A stretch of 64,000 nt of DNA from Takakia lepidozioides (GCA_030704615.1 CM060733.1:3472001-3536000), one strand, 5' to 3'. Shown: positions 37,578 to 51,035, numbered from the stretch's first letter. Numbers and translations are program-made. Notes: generated from the letters alone by a model not told the origin.

Positions 37578-38476
37578 GGAGGTTTACTATTTCATGAGCA
37601 GAAACCATGAGCCATGAGCCATGAGCCGCATGAGCCGCATGAGCGGTGAGCCGAAGTCTAAGATACGCGGATTTCATGAGCGGACTCCTCCAAATTTGGA
37701 AATGCGGCAGATTAAACAAGTATTAAAATAATAGTTTTTTTATTTGACCTTGCCGTTTTTGGACGTTCCAGATATGTAATGCGGCGAAGATATGTCGTCA
37801 GTAACAAGTCCGCTCATGGTTTTTTAGATCCGCTCATGGAAATAAGTGACCGTGCAACGGGAAATCCAGTATACCACTGCAAAAGGACGTCGCATACTGG
37901 CCTGTATAGAGTATTCCGCGGTTTTACATGCCTTAACATTGGAATGAAGCTGACCCTTTTGCCGCGATTGAACCAATGGAGTCTGCACCAATACAGTCTG
38001 CAGTACTTCACAATTCTGTCTTCTTCGGGTATTCGGCGGGAAAGGTTTGCAACTGAAACTGGGAAATAGGTGCCGCATTAGGGTTCGCACGTGCGAAATT
38101 TCGGAGCGGTTTGGTGTTGGCGAAGGCCGCCTCTGGGTACCTACGACGATACTTGGAAATGCGGCGCCGCATTTCCTTGTCGGAGGTCGAATGAGGAAAG
38201 CAAGTTTTCGGAAAGCAGAAAAACATGAACCCTCCAACATACAAAAATACATGCACGTGGAAACAAGTGAACGATATAGTAATATCTTAGTTCGAGCAAA
38301 ACAGGTTACTGGTAGGCAAGACATATGTCGGACCTTTCTGTGGCCAGAGTCTGAGGTACTGGCAGCAGTACAGTTCTACTATCCGAAAAGGATGGGCGTA
38401 CCATTGTATGGGACCGCAAGCCAAGCTCACTGGTCCCCTGGATCCATATTCAGAAGAGTGTGAACCTCCTGGGGGC

Positions 38477-41400
38477 TCAACCTGGTGCATGTATGAAGTG
38501 ATGAGTTGTGGAATTACAACGGAGTCTCTTTAGGTACACGTAGTACAAATGCTTGCAAGGGCAGTATGATGCCCCCTTGTTCGCCATGATCTGGAAGTCG
38601 GTGCAATTGCAGGTGGGTAATTGAAATGGTGATGGTGTACACATTGCGAACAGCTGAGCCCGCCGTGGCCATCTGATACACACGCCCGAATCCTGGGGGG
38701 GCACTTCTGTCGAGCTCTGGATTGTACAGTTCATCCGAAGTGCATTCCCCATCCTTGTCTCGTTCACTTTTGAGGGAGGTCGCCGCCTCTTCGGTTTCCC
38801 CCAACGGTGTGTAGGATGCTTAGAGCTGTCGTGTCCCATTGTTCTTGCTCTCACAGGGGTCGGTGGTGGAGGCTGTGGAAGCGGAAATGGTTGTCTGGGG
38901 ACGTCAGTGCGCTGCACACCATCCGAAATCCTGCGGCGGTAAGGGCGTCGGCCTCAACCTGACTCAGATCGCAGCCTGGTTCCACCGGCCACACCGGGGA
39001 GCCTCTGGCATTGTTTGTATGCCGTACTTGGGCTTTCCATACACGCAAGTCATAATGTCGTGCCTGCAGAACCAGAACTGGGTGGTTGTCGCCTCCGCAA
39101 ACTTTGCATGGACAAATCTTCCTGTAAAAGTAGGAGCAGGGACAGCCCCATCTGGATTCCTCCTTATCATCTCTAAACAACGTTGCCGTGTATCCACACG
39201 AATTGCGGAACACCTTCCTCGAAACGACGGCTTTGTGCGAGCAATTCTCCACTGTGAGGCAGACACAGTCGTCTCCACAATGGCTTGGCCATACTGCATA
39301 ACAGCGGGCGGAATCTGGGGCAAGGGAGCGGTGGGAATTTTTGCACGAAATCCCCGGTTGAAGGCGACGGCGATCTGGAATTTCTTGGGCTTCCACTGCT
39401 GGAAGACACATTGTGCGGCAACATGACGGGACCTCGAGGTGCTGTCCGAATGTTCCTGTCGGATCTCCAGGAATCCTCTTCGCACCCGGTTCCTCTTCAA
39501 TCCTCCGCCTGACAGGGCGAGTCCGGACGTCCCCCTCTAGGTGTTCACCTCTGCGGTGCAGAGGCGTCCCTTTGATCTTCTCTCGCAATGCTGTCGCCCA
39601 TTTCACTGGATTCTTGGACCTCGAAGCTGTTCGTACCAACAATTCCTCCCTGTCCGCCCAAAGCCCCATTGTTTGCCGCTCAGGAACTTGTAGTACGTGG
39701 CTTGCTGCATGATTGCTCTGTCGATGTCCTCCGTTGTGGCCGTCACTACGTCCACCAGATGTGCGGCAGAAGACGCTCGCCAGGAGGAGTGGACCGATTC
39801 TGCCATATTCGTGTTCGGCATGTCCGTGTCGGAATCCAAGCACCGCTCCTAGAAGGACACAAACAATGGTGAGGGACCAATCGAAATGTCCGTAACAGAA
39901 AGACAAATGAACGAAATTGACAGCAGCCTACCTCCCGCATGTACTGTCCGAACTGTCGATACCGAAAATGCCACCACCCCCAACCAGCTGTGCAATGCTC
40001 CCAGATTGGTTGTCTCCACTGCACCTGACGTGTTCCACCAAGCCCTCGATGATAGCAAACTTAACCTCCGCGTCATCAAATGTGGTGCATCCTTCCACGC
40101 CGTACAAAGGACACGGTGTTCAGCCTGGAATGAGCTAGCAACAAATTTGGTAGTGTAGTGGGATAGACTCTGCATCCAATGGAATCCACAGGATCTCTCT
40201 TTCCCCTCCATTGGAACATTGGGGTCCTCACCGTACACACGCCGCACCGCTGCCCAGTTGGCCTGAGCGTTGTCTGCCATGAATCCCCTGAAATTGGGCT
40301 CTGGCAATCCCGCCCTTGCCATCTGCTCGTTTATGCCCTCCCACAGATGCATCTCGGACTGTGTGTCCCCCTTTTCATCTCGCAGATTGCAATCGTCATG
40401 AGCCTCTTGGAGTGATAGTCATAAACATGCGCACCCATAGTCACCCACTGATGGTTTGTAATTCGCTTGATGTGATCAAACATCACCCAAGCATTCGACA
40501 AGTTTCCAGTTGTCATCGAGTGACCAAGTCGACTCCTCTCCCAGGCCCACACGTCGACATTTTGAAAATGTAACAACGATCGGATTCGCTGCCTTGCCCT
40601 GGAAACCTGCTACCTTGGATGTAGTCATATCCAGTCATTCGTTTCACCTCCAGGATTGAGTACATGTCCGACCCCCTGCCGAACTCCTGCTTGCAAGATA
40701 CGATGTGATTCCGCACATTCGGACTACAAACGTGCGAGACGGACTCCAAGAGGTCACGCATCTCGTCTTCGGTCAAGGGCTCTCGGTCGGAACCATCTTC
40801 AGACATGATTTTGCCAAGAGCAATCTTGTGGGCTGCCTTCAGCTGAATCTGCTTTGGTCTGGCTCCGGGGCTCAATTTCACCTCCTCTTTTATGATGTCG
40901 TGTGCTTCCTGCAGCCTCACGCATGTTGCCTCTCGCCAAGGGGTGGCAGTGGACCCCAACGTGTATGCAAGCTCTAGTCAAGTCCGGGAGCAAATGGATT
41001 ACGTAATATTGCTTGGCTCTGCACATGGACATGCACGTCGGTGGTTCTTTGCAATGTGCACACTTGAAAGAACCCGCAGGAGCTTGGCTGGAGACAATGA
41101 ATGGATGATGCGTTGTGCCAGTCCAATCCGTCTCGTTTCTCCCGCCCTCCTTTGGAGAGAAAGTGGAAGCAGGTGGGATTGAGGCACCTCAGCTTCCCCG
41201 CACAGAGGACATATCGTACACGAACACCATCAGCAATTTTCGTGCTACTGGTCTTCGTCACACACCAGGGTGTCCGTCATGCTTTCGATCCATGTCTGTT
41301 AACATCCCGGAGGCTTTGTTTGACGAAGAAACAGGTGGAAACTCGAAGATGACATTGCCATCGACTTCGGGGCAGAAACGTTACCTTTCTGACTGGGAAT

Positions 41401-41560
41401 TTGGCATAGTCGAGAGCAGCCAGCTCGGAGCGAGAACCATCGAGGTGATGTTGTCGTAGGAGCTGCACAATGGACCGGGTTGGAGTTATGCTCGAGGGCA
41501 CATGCGTAGCACCTACAGAGACGTCCATGCCGGATTTGAACGACCGTGTGGAGGACATGG
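38477..41560 (-). pseudogene. M2 MULE transposase: GCM-like Zn domain, DDE core, SWIM
   Basis: CAGKLRCLNPTC...CIHVGVHCHP; WVMFDH; FMADNAQANWAAVRRVY...CGFHW; NTNMAESVH; CNCTDF...CKH. Probable intron at 39849-39931; several frameshifts. Confidence 0.88.
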
Positions 41561-42399
41561 GTACCTCAATGCAATCATCTTCCTCGTCGGAATGTCGAAT
41601 ACGTCCACACGAGAAGCTATGGAGGGTCTTGACGGTCCAGGTCGGGAATGATTATCGTTGCATACCTCTCTGTTGGCAGTGGCCGCCTCTCGGTTTCCGG
41701 ACTCCTTTGTGGATGGTGTGGGCAGCGACTGATTCGGAAAGGGAATGGGCATTCCCACAGCTCGGTACAGGATGGTGTCTGATGGGGGAACGTGCCATTC
41801 GATTCCGCAACCTCCGTCGTTACCTAGCACGACAATGGTCTCGTCAACCTGTCCAGGAACATCCTTCCTTTCTTCTTCCAAATAAACTGTGCCCGGTTTG
41901 AGCTTGAATTTGGAACAAAGGTAAGTTTCAGTCACTCTGCAAAGTCCTCCCTCGTTTGGGATCCAGGCTCTCCCAAGTTGCGGAGGACAGCAAACTATAG
42001 CGTAGGAATTCGGAGCCATCGAACACCGCACGGAGTTGGCAAGTGCGAGGTTCAGTATAGCGACAGACCAAGGCTCACAGGCACCATGCGGAGTCCATCG
42101 ACGATTGGAAGTCGCACATTGAAGTGGAAAGTATTGTTTCAAGCTACATGCATGAAGGTGGGAGGTTTGATTCCATAGCCAGTAAGTATGACAATGATGG
42201 CCGATTCGGCGACGAAATAACATCTCCTGACAGTCTCCTGAGGGTGGATCCAGCAGTATTCTCGGTGCAGACAGGAACGTTCGCACTGACAAGTGCCAGG
42301 ACTGTTGTTAAAACGGTCAGACAACCAAGTTGTGCTCATCAAGACTGGCCGCAATCCAACATCACCGATTTCCGTCCGGGGGAAACCTTTATACTCTCC

Positions 42400-43840
42400 A
42401 GAACGGAAATGCGGTAACGCATTTCCATCCAGCAAGCACGGTATGTGAAGGTGAACGGAAATGCGGTACCGCATTTCCGTTCTGATTGAGAATTATGAAC
42501 AACGGGAACAGAAATGCGGCACCGCATTTCCGTCCGAGTCGCACTTTTCCGACATTCCAGAACGGAAATGCGGCGCCGCATTTCCATTTTGTATCTGATG
42601 CATGGAGCTGAGGGATAGAAATGCTGCAGCACATTTCCGTCCTTAAACATTCATACTCTCGGAAATGCGTAATTTCCATGCACGGTATGTGAAGGTGGAA
42701 CGGAAATGCGGTACCGCATTTCCGTTCTGATTGAGAATTATGAACAACGGGAACAGAAATGCGGCACCGCATTTCCGTCCGAGTCGCACTTTTCGACATT
42801 CCAGAACGGAAATGCGGCGCCGCATTTCCATTTTGTATCTGATGCATGGAGCCGAGTGCGATTCCGACAGCTTCATACAGCGCAATTCCGACCGCTTGAG
42901 ACATTCATACTATCCAGAACGGAAATGCGGCACCGCATTTCCGTTCTGACTGAAAATCGTGAACCATCGAACTGAAATGCGGCACGCATTTCCATCCGAG
43001 TCGCACCTCCCAACATTCCAGAACGGAAATGCGGCACCGCATTTCCGTTCTGATGAAAGAACATCGGAACTGAAATGCGGTACCGCATTTCCGTCGGAGT
43101 CGCGACATGAAATGCGGCGCCGCATTTCCGTTCATGGAAACGAAAATGCGGCACGCATTTCCGCCAGGTCAGACGTTAATACTCTACAGAACGGAAATGC
43201 GGTACCGCATTTCCGTTCTGACTGAAAATCGTGCGCAACGGGAACAGAAATGCGGCACCATTTCCGTCCATCGAGTCGCACCTTCCGACATTCTAGAACG
43301 GAAATGCGGCGCCGCATTTCCGTTTTCTATATGGGGCCTGGAGCTGTGCTACGGAAATGTGTTGCCGCATTTCCATCCATGTGAGACCTTCAAACTTTCA
43401 GACCGGAAATGCGGCACCGCATTTCTTCCAGGTGAGACCTCTATACTTTCCCGAACGGAAATGTGGCACGCATTTCCATTCATCAACTAACGTATGTCGG
43501 AACGAAATGCGGGTACCGCATTTCCGTTCACATTGAAAATCATGAACACACGGGAACTGAAATGTTGTGCCTCATTCCCGTCCCAATCGCACCTTTCGAC
43601 ATTCCAGAACGGAAATGCGGCGCCGCATTTCCCTTTTGAATCTCATGGAGCTGTGGGACGGAAATGCGGCACCGTATTTCCGTTCAACAACTAAGGTATG
43701 TGAAGGTGGAACGGAAATGCGGTGCCGCATTTTCTTCCAACAAGTACGGATGTGTAGCTTCGTGATGGTACTTAACGGAAATGCGGCGCCGCATTCGCAT
43801 TTTCGCTCCAACTCATCAGACGCTGGGACGGAAATGCCTT
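42400..43840. repeat. Array of about 28 palindromes GGAAATGCGG-NN-CCGCATTTCC at mostly 52-54 bp spacing
   Basis: AAATGC cores at 42407, 42459, 42512, 42566, 42619 and onward. Spacers recur as a higher-order repeat. Confidence 0.95.
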
Positions 43841-44229
43841 GAAATGTGAACACGTGGAGCAACGGAATTGCTGCACATGTCGGCACTCTATCTGACTGAA
43901 GGGGCATGAGGCGGCGCGGCCTGACCGTTGGATAATGATGTTGTTTTTCGGACGGCAGGCGTACCCTGAACGATTCGAATTTCGTAATGACGCAAACTCC
44001 ACGAGGAGACACTTCGTCCAACCCTTTCGAACCCAAGTGGTGCATCACCGCCGTTTCATCTACTTTTGTCGTGTCTCCTCAGTCACCCCTCTCGCGCCCT
44101 TTCCATCTGCACTCTTTGCCCCTTTTCCCTCTCTGTTCTTCTTATGCTCGAACCTGAGAGGGGGGAGTTCGTGCACCAGACAGGAGACCTCGTCGCAAGC
44201 TCCGGAAATTATACTTCGGACGTAGGCCA

Positions 44230-47200
44230 ATGCCGAAGGGGAGGAAGCAGATGCGTCTACAGGAGGAGATTGCCATCTCCGAGCAGCAGGCCACTCAGGC
44301 AACCCAGCCACCAGTGAGAGCTCCATGCGATCGGGCTGCGCGCAGCTGATCGAGCACCGAACCCCCCATTTTGCTTCTGTAATTCTTAGACTGAATGCTA
44401 GGAGACTTGAATGCAGAACATGTTTGCATGCCTAACAGGAAAGGTGGACGTGCTGGAGGGATCGCAGGAATCCGAAGAGCCGCAGGAAGAGTCCGAGGAG
44501 CTAGCTGCAGCACGTACACCCACCCGATCCCCGAGCGCGGGTATTCCTGCCGGGCCTAGCCCTGTGCGATTCAAAGACGCGTCTTCGAAGGGCAAGTTCA
44601 AAGCCCAGAGATCGACTCGCGTTCTTTCGGTCATGGAGAATCGCCAGCAGGGGTCGGGCCCTTCTCCAGCAAAGTCGAAGAAGAAGCAGCCCGTCCCTCT
44701 ACTGGCTTCTGAACCGGCTCAGGCCGATCACCCCAACGCGAATGAAGCAGCAGGGTAAAGACAGATTCAATTGCAGCAGACACCTTCACCTGCAAGGATG
44801 AGGAAGCAGAAGGCAATCAGGGCGACGGCGAACAATCTCCCGCAAAACCGCTTCCACGAGCTGAAGCTCAGTTCCTGGAGGATTTCCCCGCCTGCAGATG
44901 TTGGGCCGACTCTGCTGCAGCGAAGGCAATGGGATCGACCGTTGATCTCGATTTGGTACCGGAGGAGGGTGCTGCCGCTCAACGTTCGCAGCAAGACCTC
45001 ACCACCGATGAGCAAGCAGGCCCGGAGGAGGCCTCTGCAATGGCAGAATTGCCCGCAGACAGGCCCCAGAGTGCAGCTCCAGTTGAGGATGCTCCAGCTG
45101 CTCAGCCACTACCGGCACCTACAGACATGTCTCCGGAGGATTTCAAAAGTGCAGCGGATAAAATGTTGGAGGAGACACACAGTAGCATTGGCAGAGTTCT
45201 GGGCAGCAGGGTATTCCAGCGGACTCTTCGAATCCCACTCTGTCGCATGGTCTCCCTTCCCATCGTCAGGCAGGCCCTTCCCGGAGATGTGGATAAGCTC
45301 AAGTTCGCATTTCGAGAAGGGTACCGTCTGGGATCGGCAGCGTTTTACGTTTCCATTGAGAATGAGGACGGCGAAACTCGTGGACCCACTGCCGATGAAT
45401 TGTCAACGTGGGATACCCACTGGCACACTCGCAACGACGAATTCGAGGCGACGCTGAAGGGTGATCCAGACTTCGGCCATATGTCGGTAAAATGTTCTTT
45501 GTGTGGGACGGGAATCACCGACTTCTCGCCTGGTGGGAGTACATCAAGCAGAACCATGCCAAGCACATTGGCTGGCATTACATGGTGGAGTGTGTCATCC
45601 TCAAGGTGAAGGCGGCAGACTCCTCCCTGCTCAAGAATGCCATGGCGGACCTCAACTCGTAAGATACTCATACCCTCCCTAGCACGTTCGAAATGCGGTG
45701 CCGCATTTCGGTTTCCATTCTGGTTTGTTTCCGTGCTTCCGTGTACTGAACTGGAGAGTGTGCCTTGCAGGGTCACTGAGAATGCGTACGTGCATACCCA
45801 CATGGCACATATGCTGTACAGGGTGAGGAAAACTGGTCTCACTGATCCGCAGATGTTTGCGGAAATGCTGGAGCCCGAGCTCATTCAGAAAGCCGTTGCA
45901 AAAACAGACCGGACATGGTATCGTCTCACTATGGATGGAATGGTGGAGGTGATATACGAAGTAAGTCGTCCTCCAATTTCCCTCTGCTCATCCTTCCCCA
46001 ATTTCAGTAATTTTCCACATGAATCGAATGTAACGCTTCTGCATGTTTTTGTTGGCAGTCAAACATCAAGCTGGATTTGGCCCATGCCAAACGCTTCTTC
46101 ATGGAAAGTGAGGGGCAGGTCAAAACGTTGCAGTCATTGACTGAGCACTTGAAGGAAGCCGGTGTCAAGTCCAGAACCAAATACAAGTCAAAGCTTGTGA
46201 AGCTGGTGGCAATTGCAGATCCGGCACTTGGAAAGGACTTCATCCCCGAGATTGCAAAACACTATTCTCGGGCCATGCAGCCGACCATGCAATTGGAGAA
46301 ACTGCATCACCTCTCAACGGCATGTGTGGAGGCGAAAGAGAAGGTGAGGTTTCAATGCACTGAAGTTCCTTCCTAGCAATAGCCACTCTCTTCCAGCTCC
46401 TGACATTGGATCGGAAATGGCAGACACGGTGGCTGTCGATCTGGAATGCATCCGAGAGCATAAGGACAATGTGGTCTTTTCCACTCGAAGTTTCCGACCC
46501 TGCAGTGGATGTGTGGCTCAACCGCATGACTTGGTGGTTCCAGGTAATTCAAGGTACTTCCCCAGATTTGCTTTTCTGAAATGAATTCCCTGAACTGCTA
46601 CGTGACAATGCATTTGGGAATCGCAGGTAATGTCGAATGCGAAGGAGCAAGTCGTAATGCACACAAATTCGTTCGGCTTGTACGTCAAATGGGATGGAAC
46701 ACAGACATTGGAAGACTACGTGACACGTTTCAGATGTGCGTACAAGGACAACCTTTTCGCCAGAGAGCTACAGACAGCAAGAAGGAGCGTGGAGTTTACA
46801 CATCAGGAGGAGCGGGGAAAGCTGCAATGCGAATTGTTTACAGGTGAAGCACAGCTGCCCTTGTATGCGAAGCCTGGTTACGAGGTTTGTCTCCCGAAAT
46901 GCGGCACCGCATTCGCATTTATGTTTTCGGTGGCACTCTGCGAGTGGTTGGTCTCAACTTTTGCTCACGCATGCTGACTGCCTTGCAGGTATATGAAATA
47001 CGTGCTCCTTCAGACAGGGGCCCTGGCTCAAGAGCCCCCGTTCTTCATGGCTTGGACCGTGGCGGGCCCAAGCTGTGTCTACACACCCGAGATGCAGAAA
47101 CAATGGCATCCCGCGCATCTCGTTGGATGCCCGTGGTACCTGGACATGTCTGGCGGTATTGTTGACGAGTCTGAGAAAGATCTGCACGCCTTGGCAGAAG

Positions 47201-49335
47201 AGAAGAGAAAGGAAAGACGTGTCCCTGCTGGGCCAAAGTCGGCAAAGGAATCTGCTGCTCTGGAAGAATCCAGAAAGGCAGCTGAGATGGCACAAAAGAC
47301 GGTGGATGCAGCTGTGCAGGCCCAACAGAAGGGGTCGAAGAAGAGGACTCGCCAGCAAGGAGCAGCTGTTGTGACACCCGCCAAAACGAAGAAGCAGAAA
47401 CAGCCTGTTCAGGAAGAGGGTGAGGAAGAGGACTCCGATGGAGACTTTGCAACCAGCCCACCCCCCAAACGCAGGCTGCCTCCCCTGTGCCCACCGTTGT
47501 CACGAGAGGCACGAGAACTGGCTCGGCAAAGAAGGCACTCTTCAACCCCCCAGGGGGGCACCCTTTCGAGCCGGTGGAAATGAAGAGGCCGAAAGTGGCT
47601 CCCGAAACAGTAGTCCAGTGTGTAAATGAGAGTTTCTTGGCGGCTTTGGATGGACGGGCAGCCAAGTTGGCATACATGAAGACCATGGAGGGTCTGAAGG
47701 GCAGAGCACTGAAGAAGGCGACTGCCGAAGAGCCTTCCGACACCCCAGGATTTCAGAATATGGTCTCGTTCTTTGAGAGGGTGTGTGCAGACAAGGATTG
47801 TAGGAGGGGCGGAAATGCCACCGAGTGGTCTTGCGATATGATCATCTTGGATATTCCGGACGGAGAGCCTGTGGAAGGACTGCAAGCTTTGCCATCTTGG
47901 AACAGGTACTCGGAGGACTTTTGGAAGAAAGGATTCGGGCTTGCCCGCATGGTGTTGGACGACAGAGGCTGTGTGGTTGTCCTGGCGAGCAGAGGAAAAA
48001 ACACTCAGACAGGAATTGCGAAGTGGACCCGCAAGCGCCGTCCCGATTCTGAAAAAGAAGTGGACGTGCATCAACACACTGGGCCTTCGGTCGGAAGGGA
48101 AGAAGGTGATTACGACACTGGCACTCGTCCATTCATTTGCTTGGGTGTTTTCAAATGCGGTGCCGCATTCGGTTTCTAATCGTTTCCCCCTGTGTATGCA
48201 GACGAAGCAGTTCGATGCATACTGCTTTGTGAAGGAGAACTCCACCTTTGCTTTCCGGAAGGAGGAGGAAAGGTTGACCCGAACTGCGACCCCCTCGATT
48301 ACGACGTTCTGTTCAACAACGTTCCCAAGGAACTTCTCCCTCATAGCCTCACTTCAACGGAACCCCTGCGGTACTCACGGACTCGGAGCCCTGCCTTCAT
48401 TCAGACAATTATGGAGACATGCACAGACGTGGAGGGCACAGTGCTCGACCTCATCTGTGGGACAGGTATGCAGAATCTTGATCTCTGCTGTTCTGCAAAT
48501 TCTCGTTAGGATGTAGTTCGCAACATCTGAAGCGCCATGTGGTAATGTGTGGATGGCATTGTAACAGGTGCCTCAATGTGGGCTGGGCGGTTTTCCGACC
48601 GGCACCTCTTTGCCTACGAGGAGGATTCATCCGTGTGGGGATCCCATCTGGAAGGGCTGCAACGGAATGTTAAGGCTCCCGACAGAGCGGAAGTCTCCTC
48701 GGATTCGTCGGAGTCCGAGGAAGACACAGTGGACATTGATGCGGAGGAGAACCCGGATACGAGTGAGTGCAAACATTGTAAGTTTGCAAAGCCTTCTGGG
48801 TCATTTTTGTCAAACGAATTTCCCGACTGTGGTTCTCATTAGTCTCGTTGATGATTGTCATGTGCAGGATTGCAGGGTCCGGGTCGAAACATGTAGGGCC
48901 TACACTTCCTGCCAGGAAGAATGTCCCGTTCTTTGCGAGGGCCGACTTCATGACGAGCCCGGTGAGGGACTACTCCCTTCCTAGTTATGCAGCTAAACTC
49001 GCAAATACAGCGATTAGAAGAAGTGAGAATCCCAGTAAAGTAGAGCAGATTTTGGAGAGGGCTAGGGAGGACAGAAGGATAAGGAAAGAGTTGGCAGCAG
49101 CTCAGACAGGTAGACGGGTACGAAAGTACATATGTGATTCAGCGGATGAGAGCGACGCAGACAGGGAGGAAGACGACCCAACGGAGGTGAGATGGACAGT
49201 TCCGCAAGGGGAAGATGGGATTTTCGAAAGCCTGGCCAACGAGCAGTCCGCTAGGAGATGAGAAAGGCATGAGGGGGTGGAGGCGAGCAGGACAGTCCTA
49301 GAACAGGATGAGGATTCGGATGATTTTCAAGATTA
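44230..49335 (+). pseudogene. Multi-exon M2 gene: ParB/Srx-like domain fused to a beta-class N4/N6 DNA-methyltransferase-like domain (frameshifted)
   Basis: IPLCRMVSLPIVRQ...KLKFAFREGY...FYVSI and FVWDGNHRLLAW (DGNHR at 45507-45521). CDMIILDIPDG (motif IV position, 47850-47861). RSPAFIQTIMETCTDVEGTVLDLICGT^GASMWAGRFSDRHLFAYEED spans the GT-AG intron 48466-48567. Start and some exon limits are approximate. Confidence 0.78.
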
Positions 49336-49479
49336 ATAGAATTTAATGAAGTCTCTGTAAATGTAAATTCTCTTCCAGAGTATATAAAGGAAATTCTGCC
49401 AGACATTCGTGACCCCTCTCAGTGTGCATTCCAGCCACACAATCGCTCAAACCACGACGCTCCCAAAATCAGAAATGGA

Positions 49480-50200
49480 GCACCGCAATTCCAAAATTTT
49501 GGCAACTCTAAGAACCTCTTTTGGAAATGCGGCACCGCATTTCCAAAACAGGGAGGGACTAAATTTTTCCATTTCAATGTTGGCATAGTAAAAGTAATCG
49601 GCCGATTGGAAATGCGGTGCCGCATTTCCAAAATTTCCTTTGTCCACACGCCAGTTTTGCCTCTCCCTCATGCATGGATGCCACCACGCTTACAGAGGTC
49701 GAACAAGGAGGTGAACAAGGAGGTCGAGATGGCGGAATTGAAAATGCGGTGCCGCATTTCCATATTGGGGATGGTCGTTGTTCGAACTGCAGGCCCATCA
49801 GCAAAAATTGGCACCGCATTCCATTGTAAAAAAAAAGTCGATGACAGACATGGAAATGCGGCGCCGCATTTCCAGAACGGACATCGCAATTTGTCCATTT
49901 GCAGACCCTCTCACGGAAATGCGGTAACGCATTCCATCGCGCTGGTCGGAAATGTCACACTTTTCGAAGTGTTGGACGGAAATGCGGCACCGCATTCCCT
50001 TGTCCAAAAAGAAGTTTCCATTGCCAAGCTGGAAATGCGTCGCCGCATTTGCAATGCCAACCTCGTTGTCTGTCCAATTTATAGACCCGTGTTGGTATTT
50101 CGTGTACCTGGACGGAAATGATGCACCGCATTTCATTGTCCGACACTGAAATGCGGTTCATACATTTCCATGTCGGCATGGAAATTCGGTGCCGCATTTC
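49480..50200. repeat. Second cluster of about 11 M2 palindromes downstream of the ParB-MTase gene
   Basis: GGAAATGCGG..CCGCATTTCC and variants at about 49524, 49608, 49741, 49852, 49916, 49978, 50031, 50114 and 50181. Confidence 0.92.
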
Positions 50201-50457
50201 AATGTCCGACATGGCGTTACTCTGGTATATTCTTGACACATGACTCACATACCGGTTTACTCTGCTATATTCATCCGGACAGACACATTGTAGAAATGAG
50301 ACATCAAATTGTAAACAGTGGCCAATTCCGACAGTTATTCAACACAATGAAACACAATCATACAGAAGTGAGGTACGATGGGTTTATTGATCGGACACGA
50401 TGTCTCACATTTACCAACTGCAGACAAAACTAAGCCCTTCCTCCTTCTACATGGGCT

Positions 50458-51035
50458 TCACCAAGTCGACGGAACTTCGATACCCCTCAAAACAAGCTCA
50501 TCACTGCTGCGGCACCTCGAGGTAAACTGCAATTCAGTCGTTCTGCTGCCCTTGCTGGATCCGACGACAATGTCATGTCCATCAATGATACCACCATCAT
50601 ACATTGACAAGGTCACTGTGGGCCTCATGTGCCCGTGCGATTCGTCTTCGCAACTCAGCCGAATGTCTCCATACACTGGAAGAACGGAGTGATCTGCACG
50701 TATATAGTTTCCCCGGTGCCGTCCTCCCTGGTCCACTGGCAGCAGTTCCAGCGCCAAAGCGAGGTCGTGCGTGATCTGTCCGGCATCCCTTTCCAGCTTG
50801 GTATATCGAGGTCAACAATTTTCAGGACCCACAGACCGCATTGACCCTCGCCCTCACCTCGCTCAAAGCGGTAATAGCCCTCCAGATACTCCATTGCGCG
50901 CAAAGACTCTTGCTTGATTCCAGCAGCGTCTGTGAAAACAGAGAGCCAGACAATGATGTCTCCTGATTCTGGTTTGAACATAGCATAATCGTGGCCATGA
51001 TAAGGGCAGTCGGCTGGATTTCGGCGGCACGGCAT
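50458..51035 (-). pseudogene. M2 small accessory protein, paralog 1 (unknown function, one frameshift)
   Basis: ORFs 50655-51140 and 50458-50757 join into a ~190-aa protein homologous to paralog 2. Confidence 0.65.

Noticed and set aside
42400-43840. CRISPR array (palindromic repeats with ~30-bp spacers)
   Set aside because: Spacers recur as higher-order repeats rather than being unique, the motif also occurs singly in introns, no cas genes are present and the context is eukaryotic.
42339-44048. Many short ORFs with KCGTAFP/EMRCRIS/NAAPHF motifs
   Set aside because: They are translations of the palindrome in all six frames.
44230-49335. Bacterial or prophage contamination as the source of the ParB-MTase
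   Set aside because: The gene has GT-AG introns, lies within a TSD-bounded element inserted in a plant Gypsy and has a homolog in a second element.
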